A stretch of 64,000 bases of DNA from an uncultured Anaerolineales bacterium (lineage in GTDB: Bacteria; Chloroflexota; Anaerolineae; Anaerolineales; UBA11858), in the NCBI GenBank assembly GCA_964457375.1, contig CAYWFK010000005.1:14767-78766 (forward strand), written 5' to 3'. The stretch's first letter is position 1. Every line of letters begins with the position of its first letter. Of this stretch, positions 1 to 8,397 are shown one piece after another. The notes below the pieces were generated by a model. It was not told the DNA's origin and did no database searches. It saw only the letters and a program-made list of their open reading frames with translations. The position numbers were made by a program, and so were the translations under genes.

Positions 1-833
1 ACAACAGCAGCGCCATACCCCACAACCCGGCTAAAATCACCGGTTACATCGCCTGAGGTTGCATATTGCAGCACCCTGACACGGTTTGCGCCAAGACCGC
101 GTGCAGCCCAAAGCATAGAGGCCACCGCACCTTTTCCACAAGCAAAACCTTCACCGTCTTCTTCGGCGCTCAAAACGGATTGCGGATCGAAAGCTTCGAC
201 CCGGCGTAAAATTTCCAAATCGAAGACACGCGCAATCTCCTGCGGATAAAAATGTGACAAATCCGAGCTGGCAACAATCACGGCATCCCTGCCTCGCAGC
301 TCTTCCGCCAGCGCTTCCCCCAAAGCCCGGGTTACTTGCAGGCTTTGGTCACGCAGCATCACCGGAATGAGCTTGAAATTCGAATCCAGCGCCACTTGCA
401 AATAAGGCAGTTCGATTTCCAGTGAATGCTCCGGGTCATTGCGCACCGGGGTCAGTTCCACGCCGATTTTCGTTTGCAGCCGCCGGCTCAACGAAGTAAC
501 AGCGTCACGGTCAATTTCGACCAAACCCAAAGGCGTTTCATAAGCATCATGGGCAGAAGTCAAAAGCGGCTGATAGTAAAGCTGATGCATCGGTGAAACA
601 ACTGCAACGACCTCGGGCTTCTTTCCCTTCAAAGCAGCAAAGGCATACCCTGCAACCGCACCGGAATACAAATGCCCGGCATGGGGCGCCATCACAGCAA
701 TTACTTCACCGCTGATTTCCGGCAAACGGGCTTCATTGATAAAGCCTTCATCAAGCTTGCGCAACTGCTGCGGGTCAGCAGGATACCATTGCCCGGCAAT
801 CGGCGAAGGGCGAGCATCAACAACACCAGTCAT
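1..833 (-). CDS. MEMO1 / AmmeMemoRadiSam system protein B family protein (partial; C-terminus runs off the left edge)
   Basis: Absent from the ORF track because there is no stop inside the window. The reverse-strand ATG at 831-833 gives MTGVVDARPSPIAGQWYPADPQQLRKLDEGF...MAPHAGHLYSGAVAG.... The AGxxYP and HAGxxYSG motifs are typical of the MEMO family. Confidence 0.8.
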   Translation of the reverse strand, partial: MTGVVDARPSPIAGQWYPADPQQLRKLDEGFINEARLPEISGEVIAVMAPHAGHLYSGAVAGYAFAALKGKKPEVVAVVSPMHQLYYQPLLTSAHDAYETPLGLVEIDRDAVTSLSRRLQTKIGVELTPVRNDPEHSLEIELPYLQVALDSNFKLIPVMLRDQSLQVTRALGEALAEELRGRDAVIVASSDLSHFYPQEIARVFDLEILRRVEAFDPQSVLSAEEDGEGFACGKGAVASMLWAARGLGANRVRVLQYATSGDVTGDFSRVVGYGAAV

Positions 834-959
834 TTCACACCTCCGAACCAACATTCGAACGCTGAAAAAGATCACATGTTTTGCATTGATTTTAGCACAG
901 GTTCCGGCAGGCAATCAAAGCCGATTTCACAACTTTCCCCATTTCCAATGCACAACTTA

Positions 960-968
960 TGATATACT
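960..968 (+). promoter_or_regulatory. Extended -10 promoter element (TGATATACT) upstream of the selW-like/trpS/dtd genes
   Basis: TG-n-TATACT at 960-968, about 55 nt upstream of the ATG at 1024. The -35 is weak (TTTCCA with short spacing). Confidence 0.35.
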
Positions 969-1023
969 CAAAAAACCGTTTTCCACAAGAAACGAAACGG
1001 TTGACGATTATGCGAGGCAGAAA

Positions 1024-1308
1024 ATGCTGAGAATCACGCTCACCTATTGTACCGTTTGACGGTATACGGACCGTGCAATCAGTTTGATTGCCGAAATTCT
1101 CAAAACCTACGAAAAAGAGATCGAAGCAGTAACCATCATCCCCTCCCGGGGCGGTCGCTTCGAACTCACCGTAAACGGACATCTGCTGTTCTCGAAGCTC
1201 GAACTTGGCAGGCACGCCAGACCCGACGAAATCATGATATTGCTCAAAGAGTTCAGAGATACCCAAACCGAAGGAAAACGAAGCGAAAACATCATCTCCA
1301 TCGATTAA
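1024..1308 (+). CDS. selW: SelW/Rdx-family selenoprotein (CxxU), in-frame UGA at 1057-1059
   Basis: The ATG at 1024 is in frame with track ORF 1084..1308 across a single TGA. The product is MLRITLTYCTV-U-RYTDRAISLIAEILKTYEKEIEAVTIIPSRGGRFELTVNGHLLFSKLELGRHARPDEI.... This matches the IxYCxxU...RA...EL...P..GG.FEV.V.G.L..SK pattern of bacterial SelW-like proteins. Confidence 0.8.
1075..1091 (+). promoter_or_regulatory. Candidate bacterial SECIS hairpin for the selW-like UGA
   Basis: Perfect 7-bp stem GCAATCA/TGATTGC with a GUU loop. The stem starts 16 nt after the UGA. Confidence 0.45.
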
Positions 1309-1321
1309 GGAGCGAACGAAT

Positions 1322-2314
1322 ATGGCAAAGAAAAAAGGACGTGTGTTTTCAGGTGCACGCCCAACCGGCAGACAACATCTTGGAAACTACCTCGGTGCAA
1401 TCAAAAACTACGTAGCATTGCAAGATACCTTCGATGAAACGATCTATTGTATTGTCGACATCCACGCACTTACTACCGTCGAAACGACCAAAGACCTGCG
1501 TAAAAACACCTACGAAATGGCATTGGACTGGCTTGCTGCCGGCTTGCGCCCCAAAGACAGCATCATCTTCATTCAGTCACATGTTCCCGAGGTGGTCGAA
1601 TTGCACACCTTCCTTTCTATGGTTACCCCGCTCGGTAAACTCACCGATCTTCCCACATTCAAGGAAAAAATTCGGCAGCACCCGCGCAATGTCAACTACG
1701 GTCTGGTTGGCTACCCGGTTCTGATGGCTGCTGACATCACCCTGTACAAAGCCATTGCCGTGCCTGTTGGAATCGACCAGGCGCCGCACATCGAGTTTAC
1801 CCGCGAAATCGTCCGCTCATTCAATTACCGCTTCAACACCAAGGTGCTCATCGAGCCCCAGATGGTTGCCACCGAAACGCCGAAAATCATCGGTATCGAT
1901 GGCAAGAACAAGATGAGCAAAAGTCTCGACAACCATATCGAACTCGCCGCCACGCCGGAAGAAACCCAAAAACGGGTCATGCAAATGGTTACCGACCCCC
2001 AGCGTGCAAGACGCAGCGACCCCGGAAATCCCGATGTTTGCAATGTTTTCTCATTGCATAAAATCTTTTCGTCCAAGGAAGAAGTCGCAATGATCGATAC
2101 GGAATGCCGCCGGGCAGGTATCGGCTGTGTCGAATGCAAGAAGATGTTCGCAAAGAACCTCAACAACCATCTGGCGCCCTTCCGCGAACGTCGGGCAGAA
2201 ATCGCCAAAGACCCGAATTATATTCAGGATGTACTCGACGATGGCGCCAAACGCGCCCGGGCTATCGCCCGCGTAACCATCGCCGAAGTCAAAGAAGCCA
2301 TCGGGCTTCCCTGA
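1322..2314 (+). CDS. trpS: Tryptophan--tRNA ligase
   Basis: 330-aa ORF with class I signatures HLGNY (HIGH variant) and KMSKS. AAGGAG RBS upstream of the ATG. Confidence 0.95.
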   Translation: MAKKKGRVFSGARPTGRQHLGNYLGAIKNYVALQDTFDETIYCIVDIHALTTVETTKDLRKNTYEMALDWLAAGLRPKDSIIFIQSHVPEVVELHTFLSMVTPLGKLTDLPTFKEKIRQHPRNVNYGLVGYPVLMAADITLYKAIAVPVGIDQAPHIEFTREIVRSFNYRFNTKVLIEPQMVATETPKIIGIDGKNKMSKSLDNHIELAATPEETQKRVMQMVTDPQRARRSDPGNPDVCNVFSLHKIFSSKEEVAMIDTECRRAGIGCVECKKMFAKNLNNHLAPFRERRAEIAKDPNYIQDVLDDGAKRARAIARVTIAEVKEAIGLP

Positions 2315-2363
2315 TATCGGCAGCCTCAGCCGCCGCGAATGACATCCTGAGCAGAAAGAAACA

Positions 2364-2801
2364 ATGCGCGTCCTACTCCAGCGGGTAACCTACGGCAAAG
2401 TAACCGTCGACGGAAAAACCATCGCCGAAATCGGCAACGGTTTGGTCATCCTGCTTGGAATTGGCGCAGGAGACGGGCAGGAAGCCATCGACTACCTCAC
2501 CAAAAAAATCGCCGCTTTGCGTATTTTCGAAGACGAGGCAGGCAAGCTCAACCTTTCTGTGCTCGAAACCGGCGGGGAAGCTATCGTTGTTTCCCAATTC
2601 ACCCTGTTTGCCAACACCCGCAAAGGGAGACGCCCGTCCTTCACCTCAGCAGCGCCCCCGGCAATCGCCCGCCCTCTGGTAGACCGTTTCGCCGAAGCCC
2701 TGCAAAAGCTCGGTGTGCCAACACAACAAGGAATCTTCGGGGCACACATGCAGGTTGAAATCCACAACGATGGACCTGTAACCATTTGGATGGAACACTG
2801 A
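2364..2801 (+). CDS. dtd: D-aminoacyl-tRNA deacylase
   Basis: 145 aa: MRVLLQRV...SQFTL.A.TRKGRRPSF...GAHMQVEIHNDGPVTIW. This is the canonical Dtd pattern. Confidence 0.95.
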   Translation: MRVLLQRVTYGKVTVDGKTIAEIGNGLVILLGIGAGDGQEAIDYLTKKIAALRIFEDEAGKLNLSVLETGGEAIVVSQFTLFANTRKGRRPSFTSAAPPAIARPLVDRFAEALQKLGVPTQQGIFGAHMQVEIHNDGPVTIWMEH

Positions 2802-2876
2802 AACCCTTTTCCCCGCTTGTTTTGCCGGCAGGAACAGGCCCCTGACGGATAGTATGCTGCAATCATTTCCTTCCGT

Positions 2877-3935
2877 TCATGGCTCCCGCACACATCGGTA
2901 CCCGTGCCGCGGGTTCCCCCATGTTTTCGGCTGCGTTTTGATAACCCCGTTGTAACTGACATAATACGCCCGTTCATCATCATAGGCTTCCGCAGCCCAA
3001 AGATAAATCGTGGACATCTGCGGCGCCCATAACGGCGTTTCCTTGTCCGGTCGGAAGAGACAATCTGCCCATCCGGGTTTCCCCTTCCAGGAACATCCGG
3101 CATTGTTCCCGTGCAGCGCCAAAGAGCGGACAATTTCATCCACTCGCGGCATTCGCCAAATTCCCTGCGGTTCATCCATCAGCATCCTGCCGTCTTCGCT
3201 CACATACCGGCAAAGACCATACGTTGCCATTTCCACCTCTCCGGCATGCCTGCCGATATAGGATGCTTTTTCCCCGACCCCGACCGGCTCCACTCCATAC
3301 AGAGCAATCTCACGCCAGGAAAGCGCCGCCCTGTCCTCCGGATGCCAGTTCCATCCCGCACCCAGAGGCGCCCAGATTAATCTCACACCATTCCTAGCAA
3401 TCAACCGGGCACTGGTATTCCCGTCATCGACACGGCTGAGAACAATCGGAAGGTTGTAAGCACATTCCGCAACGACAATCAGCAGAGGAAGCCCAATGCC
3501 TACCGCATAGCGCAGCGGAATTTTCCCCCGCACAAGCGTTTTCCCTTGCCATAACTTCGTCCGGTTGCGTGCATACATCAGAAGCAATACGCCGGTCAAG
3601 ACAAAAATACCACTCACGGGAAACTGGCTGATTACTCTGCGCCAGGTAAGATGCCCGCGCAATGCTGCACTCCCCCACCACCACAACGTAAAACCGCCAC
3701 CGATGATAATCGTCAGCCAGCCTCCCCACTTGGGAGATGCCAGAGCAGCCAAAGTCAACAGTATACACACCGTTCCCGGAATCAGGTAAAACAACCGGTT
3801 TCCAAAGGGACCCCACCACCCTTCATAAAACATTTCAGCCACGCCCCAAAAGACCCACATCAAGCTCGCTGCCATCAGCAAACCATAAGCAACGAACCCT
3901 GCCGAACGCTCCCAGTCACCTGATTTCCTGTTCAT
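2877..3935 (-). CDS. Polytopic membrane protein with C-terminal DUF1566 (Lcl-like) domain
   Basis: Start refined to the ATG at 3935, which has an AAGGAG RBS; the track start at 3971 is TTG. About 5 N-terminal TM helices. The C-terminal part carries WRMPRVDEI...YYVSYNGV, reminiscent of DUF1566. Confidence 0.65.
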   Translation of the reverse strand: MNRKSGDWERSAGFVAYGLLMAASLMWVFWGVAEMFYEGWWGPFGNRLFYLIPGTVCILLTLAALASPKWGGWLTIIIGGGFTLWWWGSAALRGHLTWRRVISQFPVSGIFVLTGVLLLMYARNRTKLWQGKTLVRGKIPLRYAVGIGLPLLIVVAECAYNLPIVLSRVDDGNTSARLIARNGVRLIWAPLGAGWNWHPEDRAALSWREIALYGVEPVGVGEKASYIGRHAGEVEMATYGLCRYVSEDGRMLMDEPQGIWRMPRVDEIVRSLALHGNNAGCSWKGKPGWADCLFRPDKETPLWAPQMSTIYLWAAEAYDDERAYYVSYNGVIKTQPKTWGNPRHGYRCVREP

Positions 3936-4134
3936 CCCGTCTTCTCCTTCATCCCAATTAACCAACGCCAAAGATCAAACCGAACGCAACAACACACCGA
4001 ATCCCGTGATTGTCCTCATCTCAAAGGGTATCATAAAACAGCCTTCGCTGGTCAATCTCTCATAAAAAGAGTCTTTATACAGATTAAAAGGTATAATCCA
4101 GGCAAACAAATAAGCAAAGACAGGAGAAAACACA

Positions 4135-5205
4135 TTGAGTATCAACATAATTCTTTCATCCATAGCCGGGGCTGCCTGGCTGCTTGTAGCAATTCTGGTG
4201 GTTTTTACCGTCATCAACGCTTCGCGCGGCAGAAGAACCAAACCGTTGATTTCTGCGCTGGTCATCGCCCTGATTGCGGCTGCACTGCTGAACTCCCTGA
4301 GCGCCGGTATTGTCTTCGTCCAGCCTGAACAACGCGGAGTTGTCATTTCCGCACTGACACCTCAGGGCTACCGCGAAGAAACCCTGGATGCCGGTTTGCA
4401 CTGGGTCTTCCCTTACGTCGAAAACGTCATCTACTACCCGATTTCGAAACAAACCTACACGATGTCGATTGCTCCGCAAGAAGGCCAAATCAAAGGAGAC
4501 GACTCGGTTACGGCACGCACTTTAGACGGGCAGGAAATCTTTGTCGACGCATCGGTAATTTTCCATATCGACCCGGCGCAAATCATCCGGTTACATATTG
4601 CCTGGCAAGGGCGTTACTCGCATGATCTCGTCCGCCCGCTTGCCCGCGGCGTCATCCGTGACGCTGTTTCCCAATTCGCCGTGGAACAGGTCTATTCATC
4701 CAAACGCATGAAACTGACCAAAGAAATCGAAGAAACCATGAGCCAGAAATTGCTCGTCAATGGCTTGATTTTGGATGACTTCATTCTGCGAAACATCACC
4801 TTCTCCAAGGAATATGCTGCATCCATCGAACAAAAGCAAATTGCCGAGCAGCGTGCGCGGGAAGCTGCTTTCGTCGTCGAACAAAAAGCACAGGAAGCAG
4901 AACAAGCCCGTAAAGTTGCCTCCGGGCAGGCGGATGCTTACGTTATCAAGGCAAAAGGTGCTGCCGAAGCACGCCTGATTCAAGCAAAAGCAGAAGCCGA
5001 AGCACTCGATAAAATCGCCGCTGCCCTGCGGAACAACCCGGATTTGCTCACCTACCAATACATCAACAAACTTGCCCCCGGCATCAAAGTCATGCTCGTT
5101 CCCAATAGCAGCCCTTACCTGCTTCCGCTCCCCGATATGGATAACTTCACGAACTCCAACCAGGCCACATCATCCGGCAGCAAGGATTCTTCCACGACAC
5201 CCTAA
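4135..5205 (+). CDS. SPFH/Band 7 (prohibitin-like) family membrane protein
   Basis: TTG start with an AGGAG RBS. N-terminal TM helix, SPFH core, then an AEA/QKA coiled-coil region typical of the prohibitin/HflC family. Confidence 0.9.
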   Translation: MSINIILSSIAGAAWLLVAILVVFTVINASRGRRTKPLISALVIALIAAALLNSLSAGIVFVQPEQRGVVISALTPQGYREETLDAGLHWVFPYVENVIYYPISKQTYTMSIAPQEGQIKGDDSVTARTLDGQEIFVDASVIFHIDPAQIIRLHIAWQGRYSHDLVRPLARGVIRDAVSQFAVEQVYSSKRMKLTKEIEETMSQKLLVNGLILDDFILRNITFSKEYAASIEQKQIAEQRAREAAFVVEQKAQEAEQARKVASGQADAYVIKAKGAAEARLIQAKAEAEALDKIAAALRNNPDLLTYQYINKLAPGIKVMLVPNSSPYLLPLPDMDNFTNSNQATSSGSKDSSTTP

Positions 5206-5278
5206 GCGTGCCCTGGAATACAGAAACCGTTGCACAACAAACATGAAACAAGCAAAAAGGTATCGATACAAAGATTCA

Positions 5279-6349
5279 ATGAAAAACAACTTTGAAACCC
5301 CTTCCGAAAAGAAAATCAGGTTGACAACCTTGTCCACCTGTTCCGGTTGAGCATCCAAATTAAGCGCAGAAGCGCTGGCGCAGGTTCTGCGTCCCATTGC
5401 ACCGGTTTTCAACAACAGGAAGGATTACCCTGACTTGCTCGTCGGCTTGGGCGACCCCGATGATGCTGCAATCTGGAAAATCGACGAAACACGCGCTTTG
5501 GTGGCTACTGTGGATTTCTTTACTCCTGTCGTCGATACACCTTACGAATACGGAGCCATCGCCGCTGCCAACAGCATCTCGGATGTCTACGCCATGGGTG
5601 GTACGCCCTTCCTTGCGCTGAACATTGCTGCCTTTCCGCCCGATTTGCCGGCTGATTTTCTCGGCGAGATCATCCGCGGCGGTGCAGAAAAAGCCAAAGA
5701 AGCTGGTATCGTCATCGCTGGCGGGCACACCATTCAGGATAAGGAACCCAAATACGGGCTGATTGTCCTTGGTTTTGTGCAAACAGACCAAATGATGACC
5801 AAATGTAATGCCAAGCCCGGTGATTTACTGGTGTTGAGCAAGCCGCTGGGCTTTGGCACAACGACCACCGCCATCAAGCGGGGTATCGCCACACCGGAAG
5901 ATATCCGCGAGGTGACCGGCTGGATGACACGCCTGAACAAACTCAGCGCCCGTCTTGCAGTCGAATCCGGAGTACGCTGTGCCACCGACATCACCGGCTT
6001 TAGCCTGCTGGGGCACGCCTGGGAAATGGCTTCCTGTTCCGGCGTCGGGCTACGCTTCACGTGGGAGAAAATCCCCTTCACCAGCGGTGCAGCCCGCTAT
6101 GCTGCCGAGTACATCTTTCCCGGCGGAACATCCGACAACCGCTTGTTTTACCAGGCGCACGTGCGCTTTTCCCGCACCCTGGAAGAATACGAAGAAATGC
6201 TCCTCTTCGACGCCCAAACCAGCGGCGGTCTTCTCCTGGCAGTGAACCCAGACAAAGTGAACACCTTGCTCGACCGGGCACAAAAAGCCGGACAACCTTT
6301 TTGGGTCATCGGTGAAGTTACCGACGGAAACGACATAGAAATCATCTGA
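5279..6349 (+). CDS. selD: Selenide, water dikinase (selenophosphate synthetase), Sec-containing form; UGA at 5348-5350
   Basis: The ATG at 5279 is in frame with track ORF 5435..6349 across one TGA. The N-terminus is MKNNFETPSEKKIRLTTLSTCSG-U-ASKLSAEALAQVL..., matching the SelD (I/V)RLT...G(C/U)xxK...L..(V/I)L active-site loop. The rest is a full-length SelD AIR-synthase-like fold. Confidence 0.9.
5364..5392 (+). promoter_or_regulatory. Candidate SECIS hairpin for the selD UGA
   Basis: Stem (G)CGCAGAA/TTCTGCG(T) of 7-8 bp with a 13-nt G-rich loop. The stem starts about 14 nt after the UGA. A smaller alternative hairpin is AGCGC-AGAA-GCGCT. Confidence 0.4.
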
Positions 6350-6538
6350 CCTTTCATCTGCGGGATTGACACAATCACACATCACCGGTTTGTTCCTCAA
6401 CTGTTTGGGGGAACAAGCCGGTAGTATTCATCATACAATCACCCAAATGACCGGATTTTTGTCTTTTCCGGCAACTTTTTTCGTAGGGTATCGTATATTG
6501 CAATAGACATCAAATACAAAATGCGAGAGGAGAAAACA

Positions 6539-6742
6539 ATGGATGACAGGCGAGGGTGCTTTTCCGGGTTGCTGGAACTGCTTTTCCTCAATTGGCTTTT
6601 CGACTGGCTTCAGGACAACTTTGGCTTCGGCCGGGGTCTGTCGTGCAGCGGCTGCGGTTGCGGATTCATCCTGTTAATCGCTTTCATTGCCCTGAGCTGC
6701 TCGGTCATTTTCGGAACGAACTGGTTCCATTTCAGCTTCTAG
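6539..6742 (+). CDS. Small Cys-rich hydrophobic protein (hypothetical)
   Basis: A GAGGAG RBS lies 7 nt upstream of the ATG at 6539. The 67-aa product is MDDRRGCFSGLLELLFLNWLF...LSCSGCGCGFILLIAFIALSC.... I do not recognise a family. Confidence 0.4.
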   Translation: MDDRRGCFSGLLELLFLNWLFDWLQDNFGFGRGLSCSGCGCGFILLIAFIALSCSVIFGTNWFHFSF

Positions 6743-6875
6743 CCACATTCGTCGACAGTCGACAAACCGTCCTGCCGCCGAGCGCGCTTCTTTCGCGGTC
6801 GCCATCAGAAGAAGATAACCTCATTCAAAGCGGCATTCATCGGAAAGACACAGACGGGGGCAATATAGAAATCAG

Positions 6876-6914
6876 AATAACAAAAACACGCAGGCATAGA
6901 AAAATGCCTGCGTG
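6876..6914 (-). terminator. Rho-independent terminator after the 6942..7247 gene
   Basis: 11-bp stem CACGCAGGCAT/ATGCCTGCGTG with a 6-nt loop, followed on the minus strand by TTTTTGTTATT. Confidence 0.7.
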
Positions 6915-6941
6915 CACAATAATCACAACCAGTAACCGTTG

Positions 6942-7247
6942 CTATTTATCTGATTTCTTTTTCTCTTCCTTCGGTTGCTTATCCTGCAAACGTAAAATGC
7001 CCCAAACAAGCAATCCCCCGGAAAGCCCCAGCAAATAAACGCCCAAAGCGCCTGCTGAAATTGCGCGGGCAAACCATCCGACGAACAGAAGCAGCCCCAG
7101 AAACACGCCGAGAAGAAGCTCCCAGCGTTCCTTGTGTTGATCTATCGCATACATTGCGAACCATCCGCTCACCACACCAAAAGCCAAAACACCAGCCAGG
7201 CGCAGCAAAGCACCAAAAAACGAAATGATATATGCAGTTTCTAACAT
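6942..7247 (-). CDS. Small integral membrane protein (hypothetical)
   Basis: Start refined to the ATG at 7247, preceded by AGGAGG. Three predicted TM helices and a lysine-rich C-terminal tail. Confidence 0.55.
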   Translation of the reverse strand: MLETAYIISFFGALLRLAGVLAFGVVSGWFAMYAIDQHKERWELLLGVFLGLLLFVGWFARAISAGALGVYLLGLSGGLLVWGILRLQDKQPKEEKKKSDK

Positions 7248-7300
7248 CTTTGATCCTCCTTTCCCAATCAGAGCTTGAATTGATATATGGTAACAACAAT

Positions 7301-7573
7301 TCACGGCTTGGGCTGTTTCGTTTCGACGCCCTCTATCTCGACATCAGGGAAAAATTGTTGAACAGTCCCCCGTACCCAGCCTTTGAGAGTTGCAGCAGAA
7401 AGCGGGCACCCCAGACAAGCACCGCCAAGTTCAACTTTTGCTATCTTGCCATCGAATGAAATCAGCTCAGCCGAACCGCCATGGTATTGCTCGATATAAG
7501 CACTAATCTGTTCAATCAACGCACGCAGCATTTTTTCTTCGGGAACATTGCTTTTCTCGTCCATCGTAACCAT
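7301..7573 (-). CDS. NifU-like (Nfu C-terminal domain) Fe-S assembly protein
   Basis: 90 aa with a GGACLGCPLS (CxxC) motif and the flanking pattern of Nfu/NifU C-terminal domains. Confidence 0.85.
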   Translation of the reverse strand: MVTMDEKSNVPEEKMLRALIEQISAYIEQYHGGSAELISFDGKIAKVELGGACLGCPLSAATLKGWVRGTVQQFFPDVEIEGVETKQPKP

Positions 7574-7576
7574 CCT

Positions 7577-8065
7577 TCAGCCTTCGTTCGGTTTACCTTT
7601 CCCGTTACGCAGCCCTTCCGTGAGCAATTCGACCACCTGGGTATGCGTACTCCGCAAGCGCTCAGCAACCACAGCTGCAAGCCGTTCGATAATTAGTATA
7701 CCCGTTTCCGGCTTATCTTCACAGAGGTTCTTCAAATCATCGCCGCGTACACACAGCAAATCCACGTCTTTTTCACAAACAGCGCCGGATGTGTAATCAA
7801 CGCTCCCGAAAACCGCCGACCATCCGAAAACGCCGCCGGGATTGATGGTCGAAACAGTCAGCTCCGGGCCATCCTCCGGTTTGAAGAAAATCCGCACCTT
7901 TCCCGCCATGACGATATAGAGCATTTCCGCGGGGTCTCCCTGCCTGAAGATGATATTCCCGGACTGATAACTACAATGCAAAAACAATGGCCGCAACAAG
8001 TTTTGGTCATCGATAGATAAATCTTCGAATAAAAAACACTTGTTCAATAGTTTTTCGATCATCAC
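7577..8065 (-). CDS. Cyclic nucleotide-binding domain protein (no HTH)
   Basis: 162 aa. cNMP-binding beta-barrel pattern FRQGDPAEMLYIVMAGKVRIF...GGVFGWSA.... No DNA-binding domain is appended. Confidence 0.85.
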   Translation of the reverse strand: MMIEKLLNKCFLFEDLSIDDQNLLRPLFLHCSYQSGNIIFRQGDPAEMLYIVMAGKVRIFFKPEDGPELTVSTINPGGVFGWSAVFGSVDYTSGAVCEKDVDLLCVRGDDLKNLCEDKPETGILIIERLAAVVAERLRSTHTQVVELLTEGLRNGKGKPNEG

Positions 8066-8295
8066 AAATCACTCTGTCCACAACATCGATGTGCATCCTT
8101 CACCCTGGCAGGAAACCGTGTGCAGGCACACCTCCCGGTAAAAACGGGAACTTCTTTCCCATTGTCTAGAAATTTACCCTAATCATAACGGTTCTTTCTA
8201 GTACCAAAATTCCTGAAACAGCGGACATTTGTAACACGTTGCACGCGGTTCACTTCATATCCTGCCAAAACACGGGGAACAGGGTGATTTCCCCC

Positions 8296-8333
8296 GAAAA
8301 GACAACAAAACACCTGCGAGTTTTCGCAGGTGT
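8296..8333 (-). terminator. Rho-independent (bidirectional-looking) terminator downstream of clpC
   Basis: 10-bp stem ACACCTGCGA/TCGCAGGTGT with a GTTT loop. T-rich tracts follow the stem on both strands. Confidence 0.7.
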
Positions 8334-8397
8334 AATTGTTTTTTTATCCGGACCGGACTGACAGTTTTTCCGCTCAGTCTTTCACTTTGTCTTTCGC

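Noticed and set aside
834-1023. Checked for T-box leaders upstream of the aminoacyl-tRNA synthetase genes (the selW-trpS operon here, and glyQS at 17394-17497).
   Set aside because: The available untranslated regions are only about 50-100 nt. They lack a specifier-loop and T-box (AGGGUGGNACCGCG-like) sequence, and no terminator/antiterminator pair is visible.
3975-4346. 123-aa minus-strand ORF overlapping the start of the SPFH gene.
   Set aside because: It overlaps the well-supported SPFH gene and its promoter/RBS region, has no RBS, and has no recognisable domain.
6556-7038. 160-aa ORF on the plus strand spanning the selD-downstream intergenic region.
   Set aside because: It overlaps the 3' end of the better-supported minus-strand membrane gene and its terminator. 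It has no RBS, and its product is Arg/Ser/Pro-rich without motifs.
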